From NCBI GenBank assembly GCA_964559825.1, contig CAZLJK010000003.1:74858-138857 (forward strand): a stretch of 64,000 nt of DNA. The letters are read 5' to 3'. Both the position numbers and the translations under genes were made by a program. Within the stretch, counting starts at the first letter, position 1; each line of letters opens with the position of its first letter. The notes under the pieces were generated by a model. The model saw only the letters and a list, made by a program, of their open reading frames with translations, did no database searches and was not told the origin of the DNA. This DNA comes from an uncultured Sulfuricella sp. Its GTDB lineage: Bacteria; Pseudomonadota; Gammaproteobacteria; Burkholderiales; Sulfuricellaceae. Below, one piece after another: positions 31,276 to 41,506 of the stretch.

Positions 31276-34200
31276 TCAGGGCTGGTTTGCCCTGGCCTGC
31301 ACGACAAACTTGAAGTGCGCCCCCTGCCCCTCTTCCGATTCGACCCAGATGCGCCCACGGTGCCGGTCGATCACCTTGCGGCAAACTGCCAGGCCGATCC
31401 CCGAGCCTTCATATTCGCCGCGTCCGTGTAAACGCTTGAAGGGCTGGAAAATCTGACCGGCGTATTCCGGCTTGATGCCGATGCCGTTGTCCTTGACACC
31501 GAATATCCATTCTCCATTCAAATGTTCGACGGTCAATTGAATATGCGGTTTTACATGGTCCACGAACTTGATCGCATTGCCGATCAGGTTCTGGTAAAGC
31601 TGCGCCAGCAGGGTGGGATCGCCCCGAACTTGGGGCAGCGGAACGCGCACGATCTGCGTCCCGGTTTCCTGGATGCGCAAGGCGAGCGCATCGAGCGCGC
31701 GATCGACCATGTCGTCCAGGTCGAGCCATTCCCGCACCATCGAGGTTTTGCCGGTGCGGGACAGCTTCAGCAGGTCCTGCACCAGCGATTGCATCCGGTT
31801 GGCCGCGTCGGTAATGAATTCGACATCCTTGGCCGCGCGCGGCGGCAAATCATCGCCCAGGTCGCGCTTCAGCCAGTCGCTGAAGGCGATCAGCTTGCGC
31901 AACGGCTCCTGCAAGTCGTGACTGGCTACATAGGTGAACTCGTCCAGTTCGGCATTGATGCGCGCCAATTCGGCCGCATGGCGTTTCAGCTCCTCCTCGG
32001 CCTGCTTACGGGTGGAGATGTCCCGCGCCGTGCCTACCGTGCCGACCACCTCGCCGTGCTCGTCGTAGATCGGCGACTTGATGGTTTCGATCCAGATGCG
32101 TACTCCGTTTTTGCCTTCGAGCGGTTCCTCGACGCGCTTGCGTTTGCCGCTAGTCATGATTTCCCGGTCATCGGCGCGATACATTTCGGCGATTTCATAT
32201 GGAAACAAGTCCAGATCGGTCATGCCGACGATCTTGTCCGGCTCGACGCCGCAAATCTTGCCGACCGTTTCGTTCACCATGATGTAACGACTGTCCTTGT
32301 CCTTGAACCAGGCCAGTTCGGGCAGATTGTCGAGGAATGCCTTCTGCTGGCGCTCCGCCATGACCAGCGCCGCTTCAGTCTGTTTACGCAAGGTAATGTC
32401 CTGGAACGACAGCACCGAACCAGTAACATAGCCGTTGTCGAAAATGGGCGAAAGCAGCACGCTGGCCGGAAAACGCTCGCCATTGGCCCGTTCTAAAGAC
32501 CAGTCATCCGTCTGAAAAAGGCACCCTTTGGCGATTTCTTCCCATGCCGGACAAGTGGCGTCGATCAGAGAATCGCCCTCCGCCGTGACCGCGCGCACGA
32601 CTTCGTCCAGCTTCCTGCCCAGGATTTCCGCCTCACCGACGCCCAGAAGCTCCTGAGCCCGTGGGTTGGCAAAAACCACCTGATGCCATAAATCCACCCC
32701 GATCAACCCCTCACCCACTGCGTCGGTCAGTGCGCGGCTGAGCTGGTTGGCATGGGCCTTGGCCGCCTCGCGTTCCAGCCGCAGACGCTCGGTGATATCG
32801 GTTGAAATCCCGCATACGGCATAAATCTCGCCGATGGCGTCGTGCAAGGGGAACTTCACGGAAACGTAACTGTGCAGCCTATCGTTCTGTTGCACATGTT
32901 CCTCGAACTCGATGGCCTTGCCGCTGGCCAGCACCTGCCGATCGTTTTCGCGATAGGTGTCGGCCAAATCCATCGGGAAGCAATCGTAGTCGGTCTTGCC
33001 GGCGATCTCCGCGCTGTCGATCCCGACCTGCCTGGCATGCTCGCGGTTGGACAGCAGGTAACGGCCTTCCAGATCCTTGACGAAGATCACCGCCGTCGAG
33101 TTGTCGATGATGCCGCGCAGTCGCTCCTCGCTGTCGCGCAAAGCCTTTTCCGCGTTCTTGCGCTCGGTGATGTCGATGGAGAACCCCAACAACAGGGGCT
33201 GCTCACCGTTGGGCGGGGCGATCATGCCCTTCCCGGCGAAAGTGAACATTTCCCGGCCCTCGCTGACTAGGCGCTCCTCGCGAATCACCAGGCCGCTTGC
33301 CGCGTGCACGTCCTCATCGTAGGCGCGCAGGCCGCGGGCGATTTCCGGCGGGAACAAGTCGAAATCGCTTTTGCCGATGGCCGTCTCCTTGGAAACCCCC
33401 AACAGGCGGGCGCAATGCTCATTGATCAGGACAAAGCGGCCGTCCATATCCTTGAGAAAGATATTGATCGGCAGGGCATCCAGCACCTGGGAAGTGAGCG
33501 TTTTCTGTTTCCCTACCTCATTCTTGACGCGCTTGTGCTCGGCGGAAAAAATCAGCACTACCATGAAAAGGGCGAAACTGAGCATGGTGCCGCTCGCCAG
33601 GATCATCGTTTGCGTGGGTTCCGGCGTCCCCAGCGGGGAGCCGGATCGTGTGGAAAAATAAATAATCCATTCGCGCCCGGCCACTTCCATCCGCGATAAC
33701 CCGCTAAAGCGCGGCTGGAAATCCGCCCTCAACGCATGTGGGACGGACTCGCCGTCTTCATCGTAAAACAGGCGTTCGATCTGCGGGGCCGCCAGCCCGG
33801 CGCCCTTGAGCCCGCCGTCGTAAACTTCGAAATGCAGCTCCTGCAACAGAGTGGCGCCGAGCGTGTGGTTGAGCAGCTCGTCCATTCTGAAGCGGGCATA
33901 AATAAAGCCGAGCAGCGCACTGCGCCGCTCGGGCACGGTGGCGTGCGGCTGGCCATTGCGATAAACCGGCAGCACGATCATGAAGCGCGGCTTGCCCGTA
34001 TGATCCACCACACTTTCCAAGCGCGCCGAAGCGATGGGGAGCCCGGTATCGCGCGCGCGCTCCAGCGCCTCGCGCCCGACCGAATAGGCGCCGTGATCCA
34101 GTCCGAGGACTTTCAGGCCCGGCTCCAGCGATTCGAAATAGGTCACCGGATAATAATCGTCCCGCTCGCCTTGCGGAAAAATCGCAAAACCAGGATAGCC

Positions 34201-34590
34201 TCCCGGTTCCACGCTGTTGTCGCCGCGCACCATACGCTCGAAACTTCTCCTTTCCGGCCCGGTCACGTAACGGATGAAACCCATTCCCTGTATGCCGGGG
34301 TAACGCCGCAAATCGAGCGCTTCGACAAAGCGCGCCCATTCGGAACGGGTGATATGCTCGGAGGCGGCGAACAAACCATGGGCGCCGCGCAGGATTTCGA
34401 TATGGGTATTGATGCGCTGAAGAATTTCAGCCTTGGCATCGTCGGAATGCAGCAGAAACTGCTGGTGCGCGACCTGATCAACCTTGGCGGCGGCATATTG
34501 CCAGCCCGCGAGGGTCAGGCCGAGTCCCAGAATCAGTACGACAATAGCAAGCGGGGATCGACGCAGGACAGCAAGGATTTTCTGTATCAT
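31276..34590 (-). CDS. CHASE + multi-PAS sensor histidine kinase
   Basis: TM-CHASE-TM, four PAS/PAC repeats, VASHDLQEPLRK H-box, NLIGNAIKF, GSGIGLA. Confidence 0.93.
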   Translation of the reverse strand: MIQKILAVLRRSPLAIVVLILGLGLTLAGWQYAAAKVDQVAHQQFLLHSDDAKAEILQRINTHIEILRGAHGLFAASEHITRSEWARFVEALDLRRYPGIQGMGFIRYVTGPERRSFERMVRGDNSVEPGGYPGFAIFPQGERDDYYPVTYFESLEPGLKVLGLDHGAYSVGREALERARDTGLPIASARLESVVDHTGKPRFMIVLPVYRNGQPHATVPERRSALLGFIYARFRMDELLNHTLGATLLQELHFEVYDGGLKGAGLAAPQIERLFYDEDGESVPHALRADFQPRFSGLSRMEVAGREWIIYFSTRSGSPLGTPEPTQTMILASGTMLSFALFMVVLIFSAEHKRVKNEVGKQKTLTSQVLDALPINIFLKDMDGRFVLINEHCARLLGVSKETAIGKSDFDLFPPEIARGLRAYDEDVHAASGLVIREERLVSEGREMFTFAGKGMIAPPNGEQPLLLGFSIDITERKNAEKALRDSEERLRGIIDNSTAVIFVKDLEGRYLLSNREHARQVGIDSAEIAGKTDYDCFPMDLADTYRENDRQVLASGKAIEFEEHVQQNDRLHSYVSVKFPLHDAIGEIYAVCGISTDITERLRLEREAAKAHANQLSRALTDAVGEGLIGVDLWHQVVFANPRAQELLGVGEAEILGRKLDEVVRAVTAEGDSLIDATCPAWEEIAKGCLFQTDDWSLERANGERFPASVLLSPIFDNGYVTGSVLSFQDITLRKQTEAALVMAERQQKAFLDNLPELAWFKDKDSRYIMVNETVGKICGVEPDKIVGMTDLDLFPYEIAEMYRADDREIMTSGKRKRVEEPLEGKNGVRIWIETIKSPIYDEHGEVVGTVGTARDISTRKQAEEELKRHAAELARINAELDEFTYVASHDLQEPLRKLIAFSDWLKRDLGDDLPPRAAKDVEFITDAANRMQSLVQDLLKLSRTGKTSMVREWLDLDDMVDRALDALALRIQETGTQIVRVPLPQVRGDPTLLAQLYQNLIGNAIKFVDHVKPHIQLTVEHLNGEWIFGVKDNGIGIKPEYAGQIFQPFKRLHGRGEYEGSGIGLAVCRKVIDRHRGRIWVESEEGQGAHFKFVVQARANQP

Positions 34591-34751
34591 TACGGTCCGC
34601 CTTTCATCCGCTCAAATACGAAGCTGTCAGACACTATAACCCCGCATTGCGCGGAGTGACAATTTTTTGAAACAGCACCCGGACTTGCCCGGCAAAATAG
34701 TTTGGCATCGTCCAGGCCGGTGATAAACTCGTTTATTTAGCGATTTCACCG

Positions 34752-35783
34752 ATGCACTGCCAGCTCCTGATTCCCGGTTTACCGACGACCGTTCCATCCG
34801 CAGCCGATGGGCGGGAACACCTACGCTTGCCCGCCCTGGAGACCTTGCTGGCGCGCGCTGGACAGCACGATGCCCAGGAGGGGGACATGACGGCCTGGCT
34901 ATGCCGGCAGTTCGGCGTGGAAAAACAGCGGGATTGGCCGGCGGCCCCCTTCACCTTGCTGGCGCGAGGCGGGGAGCCGGGCAGCGGTTACTGGCTACAG
35001 GCCGAACCGGTGCATCTGCAATTGCTGGGCAACCGCATCGTGCTGCGAAACAGCCTGGACCTTGCCGACGGCGAGGCTGCCAACCTGACCGATGCGCTCA
35101 ATCTTCATTTCGCCCAAGAGGGCCTGACTTTCCTGCCGACCCGGCCCGGCCACTGGCATGTGCGCCTCCCGGAGCCGCCCCGGCTGGAAACGCATCCGCT
35201 GGAAGCGGCGATCGGTCGCGACATCCGCTACTTTCTTCCGCATGGGCCGGACAGCACGCGCTGGCATCGGCTGCTCAATGAAATCCAGATGCTGCTGCAC
35301 GAGCATCCGGTTAATAAAGACCGGGAGCAACGCGGAGACTGGCCGGTCAACAGCATCTGGCCCTGGGGCGGGGGAACGCTGCCGCAGCGAGCGACCGCCG
35401 CCTACGGGCGGATCTGGGCGCATGACGACCTGACGACCGGCCTGGCGATTGCAGCCGGAATTGCGCGCGCCGCCCTGCCGGAGTCCGCAGCCAGCTGGCT
35501 GCGCCAAGCCACTCCCGGAACCCACCTGATCGTGCTCGATGCCTTGTGCGCCGCCACTTCGAGCGGCGATGCGGCAGGCCGGCACGCCGGCCTGCCGCAA
35601 CTCGAAAAAGACTGGTTCGCGCCGCTACGCCAGGCTCTGGCGCAAGGCAAGCTGCGCCGGCTGACGCTGCATATTCCAGGCGATACCGAGACGCGGACTT
35701 TCACGGTGGGTCGTAGCGATCTGTGGAAATTCTGGCGCGCCAGAAAACCCTATCAAACTTTCGTTGGAGACGCTAAATCATGA
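34752..35783 (+). CDS. Phosphoglycerate-mutase-like conserved protein (type usually adjacent to recJ in Betaproteobacteria)
   Basis: WLQAEPVHL, RWHRLLNEIQMLLHEHPVN...PVNSIWPWGGG pattern. Confidence 0.6.
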   Translation: MHCQLLIPGLPTTVPSAADGREHLRLPALETLLARAGQHDAQEGDMTAWLCRQFGVEKQRDWPAAPFTLLARGGEPGSGYWLQAEPVHLQLLGNRIVLRNSLDLADGEAANLTDALNLHFAQEGLTFLPTRPGHWHVRLPEPPRLETHPLEAAIGRDIRYFLPHGPDSTRWHRLLNEIQMLLHEHPVNKDREQRGDWPVNSIWPWGGGTLPQRATAAYGRIWAHDDLTTGLAIAAGIARAALPESAASWLRQATPGTHLIVLDALCAATSSGDAAGRHAGLPQLEKDWFAPLRQALAQGKLRRLTLHIPGDTETRTFTVGRSDLWKFWRARKPYQTFVGDAKS

Positions 35784-36397
35784 TGCACACCCCCGATTTT
35801 TTCCGGGAAACCCCCACCATCACCCTTTACGATCCGCTGGCCGAATTTCTGGGCGCGGCAGAAAAAGGAATCGTCGAATACCGCTACCTCGACGCGGTCA
35901 AACTGGCCGGACACTCTTGCCCCACGGTGGCAGGCGCCTGGCTGACGACGCGCAAGGCACTGGCAAGCCTGTATGGCGACGAACTGCCGGTGCGTGGCGC
36001 AATCCAGGTTTCATTCCGTGACGGCCAGGCTGACGGCGTGACCGGGGTGATCGCCAATGTCGTCGGCCTGATCACCGGCGCTGCGCAGACCGGCGGCTTC
36101 AAGGGAATCGGCGGGAAATTCGAGCGCAGAAACCTGCTGCATTTCAGCGCCGGCATCACCGGCGAGATTCGCTACACCCGGATGGATACCGGAATCAGCG
36201 TGGAGACCACCTATCATCCGGAGTGCGTCAGCCCCTCCCCCGACATGAAAGAGCTGATGCAAAAAGCCATGATGGGCGTTGCCAATGCGGAAGAGATAAG
36301 CCGATTCGGCGTGCTCTGGCAGGATAGAGTCAAGCGTATCCTGATCGACCATGCCGACGATGCCGAGCTGATCTCGGTCGTCATCGGCGGGAGGTAA
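35780..36397 (+). CDS. FmdE-like domain protein
   Basis: AVKLAGHSCPTVAGA (H-x-C-P) motif; ATGA overlap with the previous gene. Confidence 0.7.
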   Translation: MMHTPDFFRETPTITLYDPLAEFLGAAEKGIVEYRYLDAVKLAGHSCPTVAGAWLTTRKALASLYGDELPVRGAIQVSFRDGQADGVTGVIANVVGLITGAAQTGGFKGIGGKFERRNLLHFSAGITGEIRYTRMDTGISVETTYHPECVSPSPDMKELMQKAMMGVANAEEISRFGVLWQDRVKRILIDHADDAELISVVIGGR

Positions 36398-36402
36398 GGC
36401 GT

Positions 36403-36942
36403 ATGGCCGAACACCACGAAATTTCCCTGCTGCTCACGCCGGATGTTGTAGAAACCCAATGCCTGGAAACCATCAAACAAGCACGCAACGCCAGCCACGC
36501 CCTGGCGGCGCTGATCGCCCTGCAGGCCTTTGTTTCAGCCACTGCCCGCCCGACAGATTGCCACACCCCGGCTTATGAGTTGGTCAAGGCGGTCATCGAA
36601 AAGCATGCCATCGCAACCCGGGCAAAAATTCTCGCCGAAAATGCGGCCGACCTGGCCAAGGCGATCCGACAGAGGAACCGGCCGGAAATTGCGCATATCC
36701 ATTCCGCACTATCCCGCAACGGTTTCTGGCAGGCGGCGCAGCAGGCCATCGGCCAACTCAGGCCGGACGATCTGGCTAGCGCTGCCGCGTGGGCAAAAGA
36801 CTGGTGTAGCGAAGCCAAGAAGCAAGCCCAAGCTGCCAGTGGCTACCCGGATGCGCTGGATTTCGGCAAGGCCGGAATTGCCGCAACCGAATATGCCGCC
36901 ATGACGGAAATCAATCTTTATTTCACCGATATCATCAGTTAA
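36403..36942 (+). CDS. Hypothetical alpha-helical protein
   Basis: GGAGG RBS, 179 aa, no recognised motif. Confidence 0.65.
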   Translation: MAEHHEISLLLTPDVVETQCLETIKQARNASHALAALIALQAFVSATARPTDCHTPAYELVKAVIEKHAIATRAKILAENAADLAKAIRQRNRPEIAHIHSALSRNGFWQAAQQAIGQLRPDDLASAAAWAKDWCSEAKKQAQAASGYPDALDFGKAGIAATEYAAMTEINLYFTDIIS

Positions 36943-36978
36943 ATGACATTTTAGGGGAAATCCTTATTGACAATTGAA

Positions 36979-37117
36979 TCTTCCACATAAGCTGTGGATA
37001 AGTTTGTGTATAAACTGTATAGATGTGTCGCAAGTCCATTACACACAAGGAAGAACAACAATTTGACTAAAATCTACACTTATGCTCTTATTGTTTACAA
37101 TCAATATGTTATACATA
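36979..37117. promoter_or_regulatory. Cluster of DnaA-box-like 9-mers in an AT-rich intergenic region
   Basis: TGTGGATAA (36993-37001) and TGTGTATAA (37005-37013) match TTATNCACA on the minus strand; weaker TCTTCCACA (36979) and TTATACATA (37109). Confidence 0.5.
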
Positions 37118-37279
37118 AGCCCATGGTTTATCATGAGGTTATGATCATAATTCCTCGCCACAGCCTGAATTGTGGATGAATCAGTCATCCGAGGCTTTGT
37201 CAAGTAACGGATCGCGCATTAAAGGTCCGGGAGCAACCTCGTCGCACCCAGCATTCGCTGGGCGCCCGATTAAAGTCGA

Positions 37280-40200
37280 TCAATCCAGCCAAGGCCGCAA
37301 AATCTCCCGCGCCTCATTCAGCCGCACAAACTCTGTGACTATGCTGTCGATTGCTTCCTGCGCCAACGCACTGTCCGTGTTTCCGGCCCGTATTTCGTAG
37401 TTCAACTGACGGGCGGCATCGAACAGTGTGCTGGCGCCGACCATGGAGGCAACCGCCATCAGGTCGTGGGTAATTCCTGCCGCCGCTTCAATATCGCCAG
37501 CGATGATGTGTTGCGAAAGCCTCACCGGGTCGTCTCCGCAATGAACGAGCATATGGTCAAGCAGCTTCGCCAGGCCACGGGCGCTGTCGGAAAAAGCCAA
37601 AGCTTTGGCCCGATCTATCCCGGGCAACTCATCGGGCAGGAGATCAGCCCGGTCTTCGACCGCCAGCGCCGTCCTGGCCGGGACGGATGACCCTTCGCCC
37701 AAAATCCAGTACATGAGCGTACGCAGCATGATTTCCGGTTCAACCGGCTTGGTCAGGTGGCCATTCATGCCGGCGGCGAGACACTTTTCCCCGGTCGTCG
37801 TCAGCGCATTGGCGGTATAGGTGATAATCGGCACCTGAGCGCCTTCAGGCAGTGCGCGGATGGCCCGCGTGCAGTCGAATCCATCCAGGCCGGGGAGGTG
37901 CAGATCCATGAGAATCGCGTCATAGGGGCCGCCGGCCTTGAAGCGCTCAACCCCGTCGTAACCATCGATAGCCTCATCGACTTCGATGCCAAAACGCTGA
38001 AGCATCCCTTCCAGCACCACGCGGTTGAACCGATTATCCTCGACCATCAACACCCGTCGCCCCGCAAGCGGATAACGGGAGGATGGAAAATCGTCGCATT
38101 CGATCCGCTGTCCGGCCAACCCGGCCTGCAGGGACGCGACTTCCGCAGCGGGCGGCAACTGGAAATCCACCGTAAACGCAAAGCGACTGCCCTGCCCCGG
38201 GGCGCTTTCGACTTCGATAGTACCGCCCATCAGTTCCACCAGTCGGCGGCTGATGGCGAGGCCAAGACCGGTGCCGCCATGCGTGCGGGTAATGGCGCTT
38301 TCGGCCTGTACAAAAGGTTCAAAGATGGCGCCGAGCTTGTCGGAGGAAATGCCGACGCCGGTATCGGAAAGTGCAAAGAGTAGCCGGACACTCTTCGCGC
38401 CTTCGGAAATCTTCTGCACGCGCAGGGTGATTTCACCCTGCGCCGTGAACTTGATCGCGTTGGTCAGCAAATTGTTGAGTACCTGTTCGAGACGGTAGGC
38501 ATCGCCCATCAATCGCGGCGGCAAATCAGGCGCCAGGTCGAACCTGAAGGCGATCTCCTTGTCTTGCGCCAAAGCGGCAGCGACACCGGTCAGCCCGTCG
38601 ATGATCTGGACGAGGTCAAACGTCTCGATATCGAGTTCGATGCCGGCCTCGATTTTCGACAAATCGAGAATGTTGTGAATGAGCGTTAGCAGCAAGCGGC
38701 TGGAGCGCTGCATGATCTGGGCATAGCCCATCTGTCGCGGCGACAGGCTCTCGCTTTCCATCAGTCGGGCAGCGCCGATGATGGCGTTCATCGGCGTGCG
38801 GATTTCGTGGCTCATGTGGGCGAGGAATTCGCTTTTCGCGTGATTGGCCCACTCGGCTTCGTTTTTTGCCTCGCGCAAAGCCGCCTCGGACTGCTTGCGC
38901 TCTGAAATGTCGCGCGCCACCCCCAGGATGGCATCCCTGCCTCCCAAGGTGAACAAGTGCACGTTGACCTCCACCAAGATATGCCGCCCATCCTTGGCGA
39001 CATGCACCCTTTCGATGATGGCTTGCCCGTTTTCCTGAAGTTTCCGCAAAAAATCGGGATCGCTGGCCGTGCCGTATTCGGGCGCATCGACGTCATCAGG
39101 ACTCATCCGCATCAATTCCTCGCGGGTATAACCCAGGCGCTGGCAGGCGATCTCGTTGACTTCGACAAAATTGCCGGGGCGTCCGCCGGGGAGGACTTCA
39201 GACACAAAAATGGCGTCGCTGCCAGAGTTGAACAACTGGCGGAAACGCAGCTCGGAAGCACGCAACAACTCGGCGGACTCCGCCCGCTCCCATTCGCGTT
39301 TGTCGATGGCGGTCGCAAACACCTCCATGGCGTCGGCCACCTCGGAGATTTCGTCCTTCTGCTCCTGCCGGGCGCTGGCGAGCATGGTCGCCATGGCTTT
39401 GGTGGCGTGCTGAGAGGTGGCATATTCGCCGACCGCTCGGCCCAGATGGGTGACCCTTCCCGTCTGGCGCGTCAGCCACAGCCCGATGGTGAGCCAAAGC
39501 ACGAGGCCGTCGACGAGCGGAATCATGCTCATGCCCACGCCCAGTTCGGCTGTCGAAAACAACGTCGTCACCGGCGCCTCGATGAGCAGGCGGAGGGGGT
39601 CGCCGACCTTCCCGGTCCAAGGCAATTCGCGGATTTCCTTGTCCGCCGCGGGCAGGGATTGACCACTGCGCAGACGGTCGAGCGCCGCCTGGCCGCCGGA
39701 GCTGGCCAACGGTTTGCCCTCATGCAGGGCACTGAGCGTCAGGCCCGGCGTGCTCAACTGCCTGAGCAGCGCATTGTCGATGCGGAAAAAGATGGCGAAG
39801 CGTCCCATGCCATGCTGCTCCCCCAACCAGATCGGGTGCTCGAAGATGCGATAGATTTGGCCGCTCTTCGGGTCCAGGTAGTGCCCCAGCCCCGCCTCGG
39901 CGCTTGCGGGAATCGACGGCAGAACGATATCACTGCCGAAGTCGAATAACTTATTTCCGTCCTCGGTCTGGATCAGCAGGTACTGGAATGGCCGGTCCGC
40001 TCCCTGAATGGTCATGAATGCCTGGAGATTCGCCGCCGCGTTTGCCGGATCCTCCAGTGCGCGCGTGATTTCGATGCGCACCTTGAAATCGCGGCTGCGA
40101 ATTTCCCACTCCTGCTCGACTTGGTCGAGACGCGCGGAGTAGAAGCCGACCAGTTCCTCAGCCCGCTTGTGGGCGGCCTTTTCCAGCGCAACCTGATAAA

Positions 40201-40297
40201 TGCCGACCGAGCCGGCCGCGATCAGCGCCACGAGCAGGCCGAGACTAACAAAAATCCGGATCGCCGCCTGGCGTCCGATGGAGTCGCGCCGGATCAT
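37280..40297 (-). CDS. Hybrid sensor kinase (TM, PAS, HisKA, HATPase, REC, Hpt)
   Basis: EFLAHMSHEIRTPMNAIIG, NLLTNAIKFT, GGTGLGLAIS, REC (DAILMDL), Hpt (ITHDLMAVASMVGA); start overlaps the upstream stop (ATGA). Confidence 0.93.
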   Translation of the reverse strand: MIRRDSIGRQAAIRIFVSLGLLVALIAAGSVGIYQVALEKAAHKRAEELVGFYSARLDQVEQEWEIRSRDFKVRIEITRALEDPANAAANLQAFMTIQGADRPFQYLLIQTEDGNKLFDFGSDIVLPSIPASAEAGLGHYLDPKSGQIYRIFEHPIWLGEQHGMGRFAIFFRIDNALLRQLSTPGLTLSALHEGKPLASSGGQAALDRLRSGQSLPAADKEIRELPWTGKVGDPLRLLIEAPVTTLFSTAELGVGMSMIPLVDGLVLWLTIGLWLTRQTGRVTHLGRAVGEYATSQHATKAMATMLASARQEQKDEISEVADAMEVFATAIDKREWERAESAELLRASELRFRQLFNSGSDAIFVSEVLPGGRPGNFVEVNEIACQRLGYTREELMRMSPDDVDAPEYGTASDPDFLRKLQENGQAIIERVHVAKDGRHILVEVNVHLFTLGGRDAILGVARDISERKQSEAALREAKNEAEWANHAKSEFLAHMSHEIRTPMNAIIGAARLMESESLSPRQMGYAQIMQRSSRLLLTLIHNILDLSKIEAGIELDIETFDLVQIIDGLTGVAAALAQDKEIAFRFDLAPDLPPRLMGDAYRLEQVLNNLLTNAIKFTAQGEITLRVQKISEGAKSVRLLFALSDTGVGISSDKLGAIFEPFVQAESAITRTHGGTGLGLAISRRLVELMGGTIEVESAPGQGSRFAFTVDFQLPPAAEVASLQAGLAGQRIECDDFPSSRYPLAGRRVLMVEDNRFNRVVLEGMLQRFGIEVDEAIDGYDGVERFKAGGPYDAILMDLHLPGLDGFDCTRAIRALPEGAQVPIITYTANALTTTGEKCLAAGMNGHLTKPVEPEIMLRTLMYWILGEGSSVPARTALAVEDRADLLPDELPGIDRAKALAFSDSARGLAKLLDHMLVHCGDDPVRLSQHIIAGDIEAAAGITHDLMAVASMVGASTLFDAARQLNYEIRAGNTDSALAQEAIDSIVTEFVRLNEAREILRPWLD

Positions 40298-41313
40298 TTC
40301 ACACGCCCAGCCCAACGGTCGTCCAGCATCTGCTCGATGCTCAGAGACTGGCCGGCATCCCCCTTCTCCAGGCTACTGTGGAAAAATACGTCGGTTTCCT
40401 TGAGCTGCGCGGAGGAGAACTTGCCGTCGAGGCTGAAGGTTTTGGGGTACTTGCGCAGCGACAGCAGCAAGGCCGCGCGCTCCTCCGTGTTTTTTACGCC
40501 GAGGGCATCGGCCACCTGTTCCGGCGTGTGGCTGGCGATCCAGGCGAGGCTCTTCTTGACCATGCGCACCATCTTCGCGACTTTCGCCGGATCGTTGGCG
40601 ATCATGTCGCTGCGGGTTTCCAGCGCGGCATGCAGAAAGTTGGCTCCCTCAATGCCCCTGACGGTTTCGGGCTGCGCCAGGTGGGCGAGAAAAAATACGC
40701 GGTCATCCGCCAGCAGACGCGAAGCGAATGGCTCGTCGCCGACCACGGCATCCGCCTGGCCGGAAATCATCAGGGAGGATTGCTCGACCCAGCTTTGCCC
40801 CGCCGGGACGATGCGGACGGATTTGAGCGATACACCATCGGATTTGAGCAGCAATTCGGCCAGCTGCTGGGAGGTGGTCTTGCTGCTCTTGGTGCTGGTA
40901 TTGACGCCGATCACCTTCCCCTTCAGATCGGCGATGCGCTTGACCTTGTCCTTGAGTCCCGTGCGCACCATGAGCACGAACAGCGGCGCATCGTCGACCG
41001 GCGCGATCACCACCACGTCGCCGCCGCCGGCCTTGAGCGACATTGCCGCCGGCACGCCGGCCACGGCAAAGTCGGCATTGCGCATGATCATGTTGTTCAG
41101 CGCTACCGCACCGCCGCCGGTGTGGAGAATTCGCAGGCTGACGCCCTCCTGTCTGTCGGCGCCGATGGCCGGGATCAGGTCAACAGGGAGGTAGGAAATA
41201 TTGCGCGGCCCAGGGGCGCTGACAACAATGCGTTGCAGATCGGCGGCCGAAGCCACGGAGGGTGCCAGGATGGATAGCGCCAGCGATATCCACGCCAGAG
41301 AAAATCTTTTCAT
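40294..41313 (-). CDS. Periplasmic substrate-binding protein (NMT1/SsuA-like)
   Basis: Signal peptide; GGGAVALN, IADLKGKVIG, ADAVVGDEP class II SBP pattern. Confidence 0.85.
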   Translation of the reverse strand: MKRFSLAWISLALSILAPSVASAADLQRIVVSAPGPRNISYLPVDLIPAIGADRQEGVSLRILHTGGGAVALNNMIMRNADFAVAGVPAAMSLKAGGGDVVVIAPVDDAPLFVLMVRTGLKDKVKRIADLKGKVIGVNTSTKSSKTTSQQLAELLLKSDGVSLKSVRIVPAGQSWVEQSSLMISGQADAVVGDEPFASRLLADDRVFFLAHLAQPETVRGIEGANFLHAALETRSDMIANDPAKVAKMVRMVKKSLAWIASHTPEQVADALGVKNTEERAALLLSLRKYPKTFSLDGKFSSAQLKETDVFFHSSLEKGDAGQSLSIEQMLDDRWAGRVK

Positions 41314-41468
41314 TGCCACCCACCTAATGATTGTTGTTACCATTTTATCCGGATTTGTCACATGGCAACAGCATACCGAAGAGGAGTCGGCTTGAAATAC
41401 TTCAAAGGGTGACCGGCCAAGCTAGATTCAGGCAACGGGTGGACATATTTTATCGCGCGATCCTGAGA

Positions 41469-41491
41469 TATAATCAAAGTTATATTTGAAT
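41469..41491. promoter_or_regulatory. Putative ArsR operator 1, overlapping a TATAAT -10 box
   Basis: AATCAAA-N6-TTTGAAT; the reverse complement matches the site at 42266 at 20/23 nt. Confidence 0.7.
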
Positions 41492-41506
41492 TTATAAATT
41501 ATTTCT

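Noticed and set aside
36994-37179. 61-aa ORF in the AT-rich gap
   Set aside because: It has no RBS, its composition is typical of non-coding AT-rich DNA, and it overlaps the DnaA-box-like motifs.
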